From Raillietiella orientalis (taxonomy: Eukaryota), in contig JAYWIR010000061.1 in the NCBI GenBank assembly GCA_036172245.1, positions 434,001 through 498,000 of the forward strand: a DNA stretch of 64,000 nucleotides. Direction: 5' to 3'. The notes below the pieces were generated by a model. That model worked only from the letters and a program-made list of their open reading frames with translations, made no database searches and had not been told where the DNA came from. The position numbers were made by a program, and so were the translations under genes. Position 1 is the first letter of the stretch. Every line of letters starts with the position of its first letter. Shown here piece after piece: positions 37,201 to 49,110 of the stretch.

Positions 37201-38849
37201 AAAGGGGATTGAATCTGGGGTAGGGCGGCACCTCCTCCCTGGGGAGAGAGGGGAGAATCCTTCATGCGCGGAGCACGGTCGGTCGGTCTTCCCTCTCACC
37301 GGCTCCTTCTGTGCCGATTCCAGGAGCTCCCCCAGGAGGACGCCTGCGTACGGCTTGCAGCTCCTCTGTGAGAGCGCGAGCTGTTCCGCGCGTGGATGAT
37401 TTTATCGGCGCATCGCACGCTTCCACGTTTGCCTCCTCAAAACGACTGTGGGGAAAATGGGGAGGAGGGGGGTTCCACGATTTGTCCTGGACGCCGTACG
37501 GGAGGGTACCATTCCCCTCGGGGAGGGGCAAAGTGATTGATGGAGGCGGGAGTAGCCGGGAAGGAGATCAGGGCTGCCGCTCCGTGAATGTTGGAAAATC
37601 GCGATTTCCCGGCGAACAGGCTTGAGGAGGACTCGCGTCCCGGGCGGATCGCGTTCTTCCCTGAGACGTCCCGGATACCAGGACGGCTCGGTTTCAGACG
37701 TCACGCTCGCGCCGTAGTTCACGTCAGGGTCTGGCTTTGCCCCCGGCGCTCCCTTTCCCTGTGGGAGAGTCGGAAACGCGAGGGAAGGGAAGGTGAGGAA
37801 AGAGGAGGCGGGCAGGGCTTAGCTCTGTCGATCCCAAGAGGCGGGTGAGGAGGAGGGGGGGAGCGCAACCTTCGACGGTACCAGGTGGCTGTTCCTGGGA
37901 CCGCCATGCGCGCGCCTCGAGGCTTTCGCTTCCGCGAGCTCCTGCTCTGAACTGTCTCTGTCCTTTCAAGGTCGCAAAGGAAGCGGGGCAGTATGATTCG
38001 GGGAACCGCTGGGTCTGCGGTTCGCACTCCCCACCGCCCCGCCCACTCTGTGGATCCGAGCGTGCGTCCTGTGAAAATGGGGAGGGAAAAGTAGAGAGGG
38101 TACTTCTGAGGAAGACCCTGAGGCATCCCCAGCAAAGGAGCGAGGTCAGAGACCCGGAAAGAATCGACGCGCCCTGCCGAGGTCTCCATCGAGGAGGAAA
38201 ACGCTCCTTCCTGCCCCTTTCCCTACCGGAGCCACTCGGGCTAAACTGGAAGGGTGCACCGTCCACTGAGGCGGAAACGCTCCCCTACCTGCGCAGGCCT
38301 TCGCAGAGGAGGCCGGGAACCACAACAAAGGGCGAGGGGGAAGGGGGGGAGAGGATAGCTCTGCGTCAGAGTCTCGTCGCTTCCGGGATCCTTCAGGACT
38401 CCGCCGTAGCCGCACCGGCGGTTTCCTGCGGGTGGGAAGGGGACTCCCCTGGAAGGTGCGAAGGCGCGGGAGTGGTGGGGGTGCTATCTCCTCCTTTTCT
38501 GGGTTAGAATGGGTCCTCGGACCTGCGGAGAACCCAGCATCGCTGCCTCCGCGGGAATTTCCGACCACGCAGAGGCGTTAGCGAAATGGGAGGGGGAGGA
38601 GGTCGATCGAGGGTGAGAAAAGAACCCCACTCTTCCTCATCCTTGAGGTGTGTGCATGTTGGTGTGTTCCCATGCCCTTCGGAGTTCCAGCCTCCGAGAT
38701 CAACAGCGAGCGCCGGAACTGTTCGAGGTCCACGCGCGCCTGCTTCGCGCGCACGGTCACCATAGTTTCGGACGGTGCTCTCGCGACCCGGGAGAGTAAG
38801 GCCTCCGGAGTCCAGGGGAGAAGGAATAGGGGTATGGGGGAAGGGAGCG

Positions 38850-39140
38850 GGCGGCACCAAGGAGGTGCGCTCGTCGAGAAGGTCGCGTTCCTTCGATGAG
38901 GGAGCAGCTTTTTTCCGGAAGAATGGAGGGTCTTTTCGCGACCAAGTAGCCCGGGGAGCTGCCATGGGCATTTTCTCCTGCTGGGATGCTCGCTCTTTGC
39001 CGGGGAGCTGCCATGGGCTTCTGGCCTCTGGCACTGCCGCTGGCGCGCGGATCGAGATGTGGTGCCAATGCGATTGCGCACCTCCCGCGCGTCCCGCCTT
39101 CACCTCAAGAGCCTTTTCCTTCCCTCCCCAAGAGTCCCTG
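38850..39140 (+). mobile_element. Decayed RT N-terminal fragment; homologous to 41130-41250
   Basis: RRSRS..GAAFFRKNGGSFR (RPSxS..GAPxFFVxKKDGSFR), RPAFTS. Nucleotide similarity to 41150-41240 (gcttttttccggaagaa.ggagggt). Confidence 0.55.
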
Positions 39141-39399
39141 TCGGGACGGGATCCGTTTCTTCGGTTTTCGGAAGCGGTAGCAAAGCTGGAGAGACTTCTC
39201 CAGGACCGGGAGACGGCATAAGCGGCTAGGGTTCTCCTTCCTCCTCCTGCCAGCCCTCTGCGGCGAGCGCCCGGATGGGCGATTCCCGAAACGTCCTTCT
39301 GTAGACCCGGCCTAGGGGAGGCAGATTTCGCTTCCAATGCCGGTAACGGACACAACCAGAAAGTGGGCAGTCTCCGGTCCCTCCCTCGCTTCGGCCGCT

Positions 39400-40250
39400 C
39401 GGGACATCTCCACGATGGGAGACTCCGGGACCAAAGGAAATAAATGGAATGGAGGAGGAGAGGGATGCGCCCGGACGCTTCGCCTCTCCAAGCGCATTCT
39501 TGCTGAATCACGGAGGGTCGGTGCGGGAGCTAGGAGGGAGTGGAGTGGGCAAGGAAAGGGCGCGCCGGGGAGACTGAGAGGTCTGACTTGGGGCGTTCGA
39601 CCTGGTAGATGCGTGGGATGGGAAGGGGCGAAGAGAAGTCTCCCGAAAAGGACACAGGAGGAGCTTGAAGAGTGGGGGGATCGATATGGAAAGAAGGAAG
39701 GGGAAGGGACGGGGAGAGGGACGCGAAAATTCCTTTTGGTCCGCCTAGCCATCCTGGGATTTGACGGATCCCGGCTTGCTGTTCCGCTCCCCCTCCGAAC
39801 CTCGTTCCAGGAGCGCATCCTGGACAGGGAAAGGTGCCCTCTTAGCAGGGGAGGGGAAGGAGGAAAATAGGCGTAGACGTTTCCTGCTCGCGACCCCTTG
39901 GATCCTGCAGGGTGTGAGACCAGACCATCCTCCGGGTGCTGGATCAAGTCGGATCCGTGTGAAGAGACGTGATGGTGGCAGAGGGTGACCAGAGGGTACC
40001 ACGTCTTTGGGGAGGGGAGGCAAAAGGAGCGCCCAGGGATCAACCCCCTGTTCTTTCAGGATATCCCGGCGTCCTTCAATCTCCGCTCTTCCCTGCGGGA
40101 AGCATTCATCCCTTCCTCATCTCCCGCTCCCGTCGTCCCTTCCTCCTTCCCAAGAGGCAAACACACGTGAAGATCTCTTCACTCGGACTCCCTGGGTTGC
40201 GTGGAAATACCCCGGGAGACAAGGACCGGCAAGGGGGAGTCGTCTTACGG
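39400..40250 (+). mobile_element. Decayed Gypsy protease-RT fragment
   Basis: MGDSGTKGN (LIDSGATGN) at ~39415, AILGFDG (VILGxDW), RVKRRDGGR (VxKKDGxxR), LREAF. Confidence 0.55.
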
Positions 40251-41129
40251 CTTCGTCCTTCCTCCCGACTGCACGAGCTTCAGCTCTCCCGGGGCCAAGG
40301 CAGGGAGTCAGGAGCTCGGCGGTCCGTCACCCAAGCAACGAGGAATTCCGCGGCGGAACGACTCGGGATTTCTCCTGCTCCCGCGTCCCGAAAAGACGGC
40401 GAGCATCGCTCTTTGCACCGAGCGCCGCCGTCGCCACCGCATCCTCGGTGGGATATTGCCTGGGAATCGCGTCCACTCCAGCTGTGCGCTGCGGTCGAAA
40501 GCGGGGTGTGCTCACTCGGGGCTGTGCTCGCCAGTCCCTGTGCTGCGCCAGGGACTCGCGAGGCGGGACTCCGGGAGCGTCCGTCTTGTGAGGGGGGATT
40601 TTCCGTAGCGAGTGCCAAGGAACGGCGGGGAGGGAAACCACGGAGCTGGAGGTGTTTGCATTGTAAAGGCATTGGAAGAGTAAAGTCAAATGAAGTAATT
40701 GCTGCATCAATAATTAGAGATTTGCAGCCGGAGAGCCTCTCAGCCGAACTCGCAGACGCAGCTCAACGCTCTTCCACGGCTGCGGGATCGCTGCGCTCAC
40801 AGGGTCGAAAGAGGGAGGAAAGAGAGGGGGAGGGGAGTGCGCGGCCACGCCTCCACCTCCAGAGTGTGGAATATCCCCGGCTCTTGCAAAACTGCTCCGG
40901 AGGTCCACGGAAGTTCACGCGGGAGAATCTCGGGAAGTGCGGGAAGCAACGCTGCGGGGTTCCCAGTTCCGCCTTCGCCCTTCGTCGCTGCCGAATCCAC
41001 TCGGGTTCCCCGCTCTTCCCAGAGGCAATTCCACCGAGAACTCGGATCCTTCCTGGGTCTCCATCGTTACGGAGGGTGTCCTCGCGATGCGGAAGCGTGA
41101 GATTGCTGGAGTCCGGGAAAGGGAGTGAG

Positions 41130-41250
41130 GGAAGGGAGGGAGCGGGTAGCATCGAGAAGGTCGCATCCCCCCGAAGGGTGGGCATGGCTTTTTTCCGGAA
41201 GAACGGAGGGTATCTTCTCGGCTCGGCAGCCCAGGGAGACTGGCATCTCC
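41130..41250 (+). mobile_element. Short RT N-terminal fragment, diverged copy of 38860-38980
   Basis: GSIEKVASP..AFFRKNGGYL and direct nucleotide similarity. Confidence 0.5.
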
Positions 41251-42950
41251 CTGGGCGAAGGTGAGGCTCGCGGGGGAGAATGCGGTCAGAACTCCCCAGC
41301 TCTGACCTCGCCCAAACGTCGAGTTCCGGCCACGTTTCGTGGAGCCAACCTACGCGGGCCAGGGAGGCAACTCCTCTCGGCCACGTCAGGAAAAAAACAG
41401 TCAGACGGCGGAAACGGGACAGCACTCAGCGGCCACAGGGAATGAGCAGGCCATCCAGGGCGACACCGGCAACGCGCGAGAGAGCGCGGGATGGTCAACT
41501 CGGAGGCAGAGAGAGAGCATTCGCTGCAGAGAGGTCAGCAAACATCTCTCGGCAGGGTGGAAGGCAGGACCAGAAAAGGGGGGAGGTAAGGAAGGATCCC
41601 CTGAAAGGTCAGCAGGGAGAGCCGACACCCATATGGCAGCAGCGGAGCAGCAGCTTCTTCGAGGCCATTGCTTCCCCGTCCCCTCCGCGGTCTCTTGCTG
41701 GTGCCTTGATCGTCCAGACATCCGTCGGCGCGTCCCTCCCTCTCGACCCAGCATTTCCGCCAAGACCAGAAATCCTCTCGTGTGGCTGACGTCCGCCAGG
41801 ACTCAGCTCGCGGCGCCTTCTTTCGCCTGACACCCGAAGTGGTGTAAAGCCCCCGTTCCGGGTTCAACCCAGCCTTCTAGGAAGCAGCTCACCCGCGCCG
41901 CATGGCGCCGCATGGGGATCCCGATTCAGGAAAGGTGCGATCCTAGAGCGGTTCCCGGAATTCGACTCCCAGAAGAAATCGCGATCCGCGATCCCGAGGG
42001 AGAGCATCCCCGCCGAGTCTCTCACTTCCCGCCGCCGGCATACTCATTCGGGTCAGCTGGCTGCTGCCACCCGGAGGGCAAACCGTGCTCCGCTCCGGCG
42101 GCTTCCCCTCCCCGTGGAGGAGCGCGGAGACGACGCTTTTCCCCGCGAGGTAGCGCGCGCATGAGCAGAGCAATCCCGTCCGCTACCCGCTGCACTGAGC
42201 GAGTCTAATGTCCATCTGGACCTACCTGCAGCATCCCTCCCGTTAAGCCGCACACTCGCTCTACTCGAAGCTCCTGAAAGCCGCAGAAGCCCGAGGTCCG
42301 GAGCTCGCGATGCGAAGGGTTGCCCCTCTCCCCCCCCCCCTCCCCTTCCTCGTGCGGCACGCTGGCTTCTCCGCGGATCGATGGAGCCTATCGATTGTTC
42401 CGCGGGTGCCGCCCACATCCGCGCGGAGCCCCGCACGCGGGACCTCTCCCGGCTGCGGAGAGGGCCGCCCACCTCTGCCTGGAGCGCCGATGCGGTGGGA
42501 AGTCGCGGAGATTCGGGCGGGGCCGAGAGGGATTGGGTGGAGGCGATGCTGGCGGGACGTTCGTGCATACCCCAAGAAACGGGCGTCAGCCCTCCTTGTG
42601 CTTTCCTCGCTCCTCTCTCAGGGAATGCCGGGACGCGTGGTCCGTGCCCGAGCAGCCGGAAGGAACGCAAGAGTCCGGGTCCCGAGGAAGGATACAAAAA
42701 AAAAAACGCCCGGGAGACGCACGCAGCCCCTGCGCACGAGGCCCCTGGAAGAAATTCGTTGACGAATGGGGCCTAGGTCCACCGGGAGCGTGCGCCTTCC
42801 ACGATAGGGAATCGGGAAGAGACGCATGACTTCGCCCGTCAGGGGAGGAGAGAGTCACAGGTTCGCATCTCTTTCGAGCATCCCTCTGGATGCAAATAAC
42901 CTACTTTAAACCAGAGGACGAAGTACACGGGGGAGCGGTGCCGGAGCTTC

Positions 42951-42985
42951 TGGGTGTATTTTTAGACCAGTGGGTGTATTTATAT
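42951..42985. promoter_or_regulatory. Tandem pair of MEF2-like sites
   Basis: tgggtgtattt is repeated at 42951 and 42971, giving GTATTTTTAG and GTATTTATAT. This is the same motif as the 8.5-kb cluster. Confidence 0.3.
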
Positions 42986-44039
42986 CCCCAGTGAAGCCGA
43001 GCGCCCGCCCGTCACCTCCGCATTGTTGAGAGCGGAGGCTCCGCCGATCTATTTGGAGCGCGTTTTTTGCCGTTCCACTTGCTGCTTGATTTACGTTCGA
43101 GAGGCGCTGTCAAGGTGAAGCACAGATAGCGATTCTGAGACCCAGGGGAGGAGGGGGGAGGTGGAACGAAGGGGGAGATTCGCAAGCGGTCCCAGACAGC
43201 GGCCGTGGCCCTAGAGGAAGGCCGCGCTCGCGTCTGCGCCTCCGGTTCATCTGCGGAACTCCCGATGCGGTTCCACGCTCGTGGAGAGAGAGAGGGCGGG
43301 GAGGAGCGTCCGCCGTTCCGCATAGGCAGCGGTCTTCACGCCCTCGCCCCTGAGCCGCTCGCAGCCCAAACCCCTCCGCTCTCGGCAGCGCAGCCGGACC
43401 GGAAATTTCGTCAAGTGTCCTCCCCCTTCCTCTCCTCCGATCCTCAGAGAGCCCCTCAAGAGAAGAGGGAGGAAAATCTTTGAGCTTCACTCTCCGTTGC
43501 TAGGAAGTTGGGAGCAGCATTACCGAAACCTTCAGTCCCTCAGGAAGTCTCAGCCCCCTGTACTCAGGACGCAGCGCAGCATCCACAGGTAGAGCCACTA
43601 CTGCCCGGATACTCTGTTTTTTTTTTTGAGGGGGGGGGGGAATCCTCCATTTCTAGCCTAGATGGAAGGTCGGGAGAGGGGATGGGAGTCGAGGATGCCG
43701 GTCTCCGTGCACCCTGGCAGTGGTGGCAGAGACGTGACCTCTCGCACGGTGTCGCCGCCACCGCCTCGAGAGGCGGAGAAACGAGACGTCCGCCGCTGAC
43801 ATGTCGCCACGCTCGCCCTTCGAGGCCTGAGGAGGGAGGGGGAGAGAGTCGGTTTTGCCCGTCTCTGGACCCACTCGGGAAGACCAGAAGGGCGTTGTCA
43901 TTTTCCGAAAGCTCGTCGACTCAGCTGCCCGGCGGTGCTCTCACGAGTTCGGAGAGGAGCAACTCTCAAACGAAAGGGGCGCGTGGAAGGTAGGGTGAGG
44001 GGTGGGATGTCGGAAGCGGGGAGACGAGGATGGACTCGT

Positions 44040-45200
44040 GAAGGAGCAAGGCATGATAGGAAACGGTCCACGAAAGCCTCCCTTTCCCATTGGCAGCTGC
44101 GTGGCTGCGGCCTCCTCCCGTGGTACACCAACCAGTGTGGTAAACCAGCGTTGCGGGTTCGAATCCCGCCCGGGGAAGGGTCGGCGCCGAGAAATGAGGG
44201 CGTCATGGGGTTTCGAGTCCCCCACCGCAGGATGACGCTGGTTAGCTTCTATTCGGGTACAGCCCTGGTGGTATCCGGAAACCCCCGGATGCCCCCTTTG
44301 ACTGGTGGGGACTAGAAATGGATCGTCCGGGATTCTTCCAGGAGTCAAGGGGTCCTTCGGGGTCCCCCTCCGGGTGCGAAAAGGGAGCCGCACCATGCAG
44401 CTGGTTGATATCCCTCTCAAGGGGTCGCCTCTCTAGAATGCAAGGAGCGCGCTGCTCCCTTCGGGGAGCGCCATCCACAGAAATTGGGAAGCGTTCCTTC
44501 GAGGTGCTCTTTAGGGGCAGGAACACGAAGCGGTTCCATTCGCGGGTTTCCTCCGGAGAGGAAACGATGTGTGGGGGTCCTTCTAGAGAGAATGATTAAG
44601 AGGAGGTTTTCTTTAGGGTTCCCTCCCAAGCGTGGGAGAGAAAGGGACTCCTTCCGTCGGAGCATTCCAACATTCATAGGGTGGTCCCTCCGCAGTTGCC
44701 CCCTAGCTTGAAGAGTTACCACTCAGTCGCGGGCGGCATGCACGGTACTTGAACAGTTTCGTGATCCTCCCCTCTCTTAGGGGGACCCACGGTTCCTCAG
44801 TACTCTCTGAGAGTCAAAAAAGGAAAAGAAAAAAAAAGCTGGAAGGAATGCAGCGGAAACAGAAGAACCCCAAAGGGTTTCCGTCATCCGCGAGGCCAAG
44901 GACCTTCCATAGGTAGCCAGTTGTAAATGGATCTTGGCAGGGAGGAGTCGGGACTCCCTCGGGGCTTCCGGTTTCTCTGTTTCGTGTGGTCCTGCACACC
45001 TCCGCGACAGAGAGGGAAGAAAACCAGCGGACGACCGTGGCAGCAGAGCAAGGGGTTGGTCAGCAGAAATCCACGCAAGCTCTCACCTCTCCGAGGGAGA
45101 ACCGGGCGAAGAAGGATTCCGCCATCAAGTGGCTGTGGATTGCCAGCGGGCGATCCGGTCTCCAGGTGGATCTCGAGTGTTTCCAACAGCGTGGAATGGG
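44040..45200 (+). mobile_element. Decayed Ty3/Gypsy protease-RT fragment (contains copy B of the 1-710 repeat)
   Basis: In order: MIGNG/STKASLS (LIDSGSTHSFIS), LRVRIPPGE (LxVxxPxG), FDWWGLEMD, GFPPKR, HGSSVL..VKK..LEG (GAPVLFVKKKDG), RGFRFLCF. Confidence 0.6.
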
Positions 45201-45539
45201 GCGCGATTCTTGGAATGAAACCCAGCAACCCGGCGAAACTGGGAGAACCCCTTTCTCGCGCGATTTTTTTCCTTTTTTGGGGGGGAGGGGGGAAAAGTGG
45301 TGGTAGTGGGGGGAGGGGAGGACACGTTTTTTTTGCAGCTCGCCGCTGGAGGGGAGGATTTCTTCGAGGGAGATTTTTCTTTAGAGAAGCCATCTCGTGG
45401 GGATCCACGTGCCAATCGTGCGTTCCTGGAGTCTTGGAGGAGGTCCTCTCTGCTCAGCAGAATCGGGAAGCTCCTCTTTAAAACCGTTGCCCGAGCTGCG
45501 TCGCCACGGACTCCGCAGATTCACCGTCGAATCTCACAG

Positions 45540-45930
45540 AGCTCGCAGTTGCTCATCTTCAGGGTCGGGTCCTTCGAAAAAGGGCAACGGGACTCCGACT
45601 ATCCAGCCCAGTGGTTCCACAAGGAAACTTCGACGGATCGGGATGAGAGCCAAGATGGCTCCCCTCTTCCACAGCGGAGGAAGGGAAGCATCCTTCAAAA
45701 GCTCCCGGAAATCTTCGAGCAGGTTCCTTCCCTCTGTGGATGACATAGATATGCGGTGTCTGGACGAGGCATGGTGGGTACTATCGAGATGCACTGGGTA
45801 TCGAACCAAATTGACCGGGATTCCACGAAGATGCTGCCTGCGCGGTGACCTCGTGCACCCTTGGGGGTCCCCAAAGTTCTTCTGAGGAGGAAAGGCCGCG
45901 AGGACGAAGGACGTTTCCTGGGGAGTTGAG
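45540..45930 (-). mobile_element. Decayed RT core
   Basis: ORF 45534-46046, in order: ETSFV, PQGCTRSP (PQGxxNSP), VHLDS (VYLDD), LLKDASL, VEPLGWIV (VxFLGHIV). Confidence 0.65.
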
Positions 45931-46599
45931 TCTGATCCACCTGCTTTCCCCCTCCCCAGCTCTTCTACCGACCGCGCGGAGTCGCGGCCTGCAGATCTCG
46001 CCGTGCAGGCTATTCTGACAATGCGGTCTCCGGCGGAAGAAGGCATACTTGAATGCTGTCCGGAGGAGGAGAGAAGAATCTCCGGAAACTGCAGTGTTTG
46101 CCGGTTCGTTGCTCCTCAGCAGAGGAGGGTTGCTACCGTGGTTGCCGGCCGCCGCTCCTGCCGATCACGTAGTCGGACCACTTCACATTGCTCGCTCCCG
46201 ACGTCTCCGGCGCTCCGCTTCCTCGAGGTCCCGTCAGAGGGAAACAACCATCACGGCTCCCGAAATTTCAAGTGCAGGCTGCTACCGAAGGAGCAGCTTC
46301 TCCTACCCGGAAGAAGTTGCGAAGAGCGCGCTCGATGTATCAAGACGGACCGCTTCCCATCCCGTGGAAGGAGTTTGAAGGACATCGCAAGCAGATTCCT
46401 CAGTAAAATCAGGGGCGAGGTTCCCGCTCAGGAGCCCTTTGGCTATCCCGGAACATCCTTAAATCTTCCCTCCGCGCGAACGTTTCGGTCTTTCTGACTT
46501 CCTGCCAGAGCTCGAGCTTTGCTCCCAATGAGAAACGAAAAAGAAAGTTCGAAGAACCCTGGATAGAGGCTCGTTGTTAGGCGTACGTCTGAAGCCGCA

Positions 46600-47420
46600 A
46601 TCTCGCGTTGGCTCCGCAGAAATGAGAAGAGAAGGAGTCGCAGCTTTCCGAAGAACCCGAAAAAAGACGTGGATGCGAGCAGATCATCCTACCTCCGCCG
46701 TCAAAGTCTGCCTCGAGCCCAATGTTCGCTGCTGCCTTCTACCGCGGATGCGCAGCGAGACCCTTTTCTTCCCCTCCGCAAGAAAAGGTCTTTTTCCGTC
46801 CTTCAGCAGTGACCCCTGCCCTCACGGTGAGAGGAAGAAAAGCCACTGACGTGTCGCGATATCTCGGAGCCACCCAGAGCCTTTCCCTTCCCCGTGTCCC
46901 CCTCGTTACTGATGTCCTTTCCCGTGTCCAGTGCAGTCCGCGGCGCTGGGAAAAACTGGGGTCCTTACGATCCCTTTCGCCCCCGCGGACTCTCTCCCGC
47001 TCTCGGAAAGTAAGGGAAGACGTTCCGGAGGGAACCGAGAGCTGCCGGTAAACGGTCCGCAGAAGGTGCGCGTCGACCCGATGAAAGTGAAAGGCGCACG
47101 GCCCGGCAGCCGGCACCGTCCGCACGCCCCAAGTAATGGAGGAGGGTTCCCAGGAACGCGGTAGCAGCGACAGCCTCTTCCCTCCCTCGGGTCTTTCAAA
47201 AAGGCTGGAGCTGGACGGCAGGTTCCGGCACGGCAGCTCGAGACGAGGAGAGGGTGGCACCTTGAGTCTTCCAGGCTTCCAGAGGTTCCTTTCGCACTTC
47301 CGGAGCCCACCTTTCCCCGTCTCCTGCCCTCCTCCGGCTATCCAGATGACCTCAGTGATGGTCTCCCGAAGCAGTACCTGTCCGAAATCTTTCTTTCCGG
47401 GAAGTCTGGACTCACTCTCG
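46600..47420 (+). mobile_element. Decayed Gypsy RT
   Basis: KKTWMRADH (WRxCxDY), LLPRM (PLPRI), VRVDPMKVKG at ~47066-47095 (VxVDPxKVxA), SLPGFQRFLSHF (GLxGYYRRFIxxF). Confidence 0.65.
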
Positions 47421-48699
47421 TTCCGGAACGGGCGTCGTTCGGCGCCGGAGCAGACCCCTAGTCTTCCCGAAAGGTTAGAAAGGAATGGAGCCCCTTAAAT
47501 TCTACAACTCCTTCGTTTGGCGTTCCTCTTCCCGGAAAGAGATTCCTGCGGTTGAGAACGCGTTTTTTTTTTTTCGAAACTGGGTCGCCGGAAGATCTTC
47601 CCGCTCATCGCTTAGCGGTGCGGCTGCTGGCACTTCCATTCGGCTGTTCCTCCCCCCCTTCCCCCACTTTCCGCATCTCTGGGACTCGATGGAAGTCACA
47701 CCTCCTCTCCTTCCCCGTAGACAAGGCAGCCAGTTCCTGTGCTCTCCCCTGGAGGACCCTTCGAATCTCCGCGGGATGCCTCTCTCGGAAGCTCAGACGT
47801 CGGTAATTCCGGAGTCGGGAGAGCGCCGGCGCAGGCGAGGAGGTGAGACGCAAGAACTCAGCAGACGGCCACATGATGGAAAACGCCATGACTAGCTGCT
47901 CTTTTCAACTGCCTTTAGGGCCTCATGTGGCTGGGGAACTGCTGTCCCCTTTTGCTTTTGCGGAGGGAGTCGCTTTGCGAGATTCCGGGTTCAGTGAGAC
48001 GGATTCCCCACGGCCTCAGTGGTCCAGAAAGGCCCATTGGGAAGAGAGGGTTTAGAGAGAATCCTTCCTGCGTCCTAAAAGGAATACCCGCTGGCCATCG
48101 ATCCATGGGAGCGAACGCGGGCAGGAACGAACGGAGAGCATGGAGGGTTCTCGGCCGGGTCGCTTCTCTGTGGCTCTTCCGTGGACAAGGAGCATGGCAG
48201 ATCACGGAGGGCCCTTGCTTTCTGCGTCGTGAGGTCGGGACACCGTTGAGCTGCTGCTGATCTGGAGCACAAGGATCCTTTTCTCTGCTCCTCTGATCTC
48301 CTTTCTTTCGTCACCGGGATAACAAGGGCAGGGGAGGGGAGGGGTGCACTCTTCGTTCTTCCTGAACCAAAGGAACTTCCGCCCATTTGGTGTGCGGCCG
48401 AGAAATGGCGAGAGCGACACCCCACGAACCAGGAACCGCTGCCAACGGCCGGACTACAACAGGAGGAAGGAGGAGGAGAGAGGAACAGCGCACCTCCTCC
48501 CCTCTAAACGGTCTTCTGGGACCAGGAGACCTCATTCCCTTACCGCTCCATCCGCGCTTCGTTCCCGCAAAATCGAGGTCTCAGCTCGCGTCCTTCTCCT
48601 CCCCCCTCCCCCCTGCATCCTTCTGATCTTCATCATCATCTGAGTATTTTTTATCCTCCTGACGGCCCTGTACGCTAGAGATCATCAGCGATGACGTAA

Positions 48700-49110
48700 G
48701 CCCAACGCGACCCTTAACAAAGAGGGATGGGCGGGATCGGATCAGCGTTTCCAGGAGGTAAATTTACGGGAGAAAGGGAAAGGAGGATCGAAAGGTGCCG
48801 CCTTGGGGTCGCTCGAAGCATGACGTCAGAAGTGTGGGCGCAGTGGCGGGCGACCGCGCCTGGACCCGCCGAGGGGATACAGCGGTTCGCTAGGAGGAGG
48901 AGCATCCCCTGAAGCTCGTCGCCTCCGACGGGAATCTTCGAACGGGTTGGCCCTGGGCCCTTCGCGCCCGGAGTCATGGGAAGCGGGAAAAATTGGCCGT
49001 GAATCGGACCGCCACTGCACTCGAGCTCCCCTTCCCGGGCGGGGACGCCTTCCCGGGGTCGGACGCAAGAAAGGGTTTGTCCGACCGACGTCCCGCAGGG
49101 CTGCACTACT
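48700..49110 (-). mobile_element. Decayed Gypsy RT core
   Basis: ORF 48714-49106: HGQFFPLPMTPGAKGPGPT (GxYxFxxMPFGLKNAPxT), HTSDVM (YxDDV), TPRRHLSIL (TxEEHLxxL). Confidence 0.65.

Noticed and set aside
38951..39018. 18-20-nt direct repeat ccggggagctgccatgggc as an array or TSD
   Set aside because: Only two copies about 50 nt apart inside an RT fossil; most likely a local slippage duplication.
44020..44135. Hammerhead (GACGAG...CGAAA) or HDV-like (GCCTCCTCCCGTGGT) ribozyme
   Set aside because: The hammerhead core lacks CUGA and a valid NUH. The HDV-like candidate has an over-long L3 and no P1 or P1.1 pairing.
44111..44180. tRNA gene (perfect T-arm GGGTTCGAATCCC)
   Set aside because: No D-arm, anticodon arm or clean 7-bp acceptor stem. 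The same bases read LRVRIPPG in a protease fossil. Kept only as part of the structured-repeat finding.
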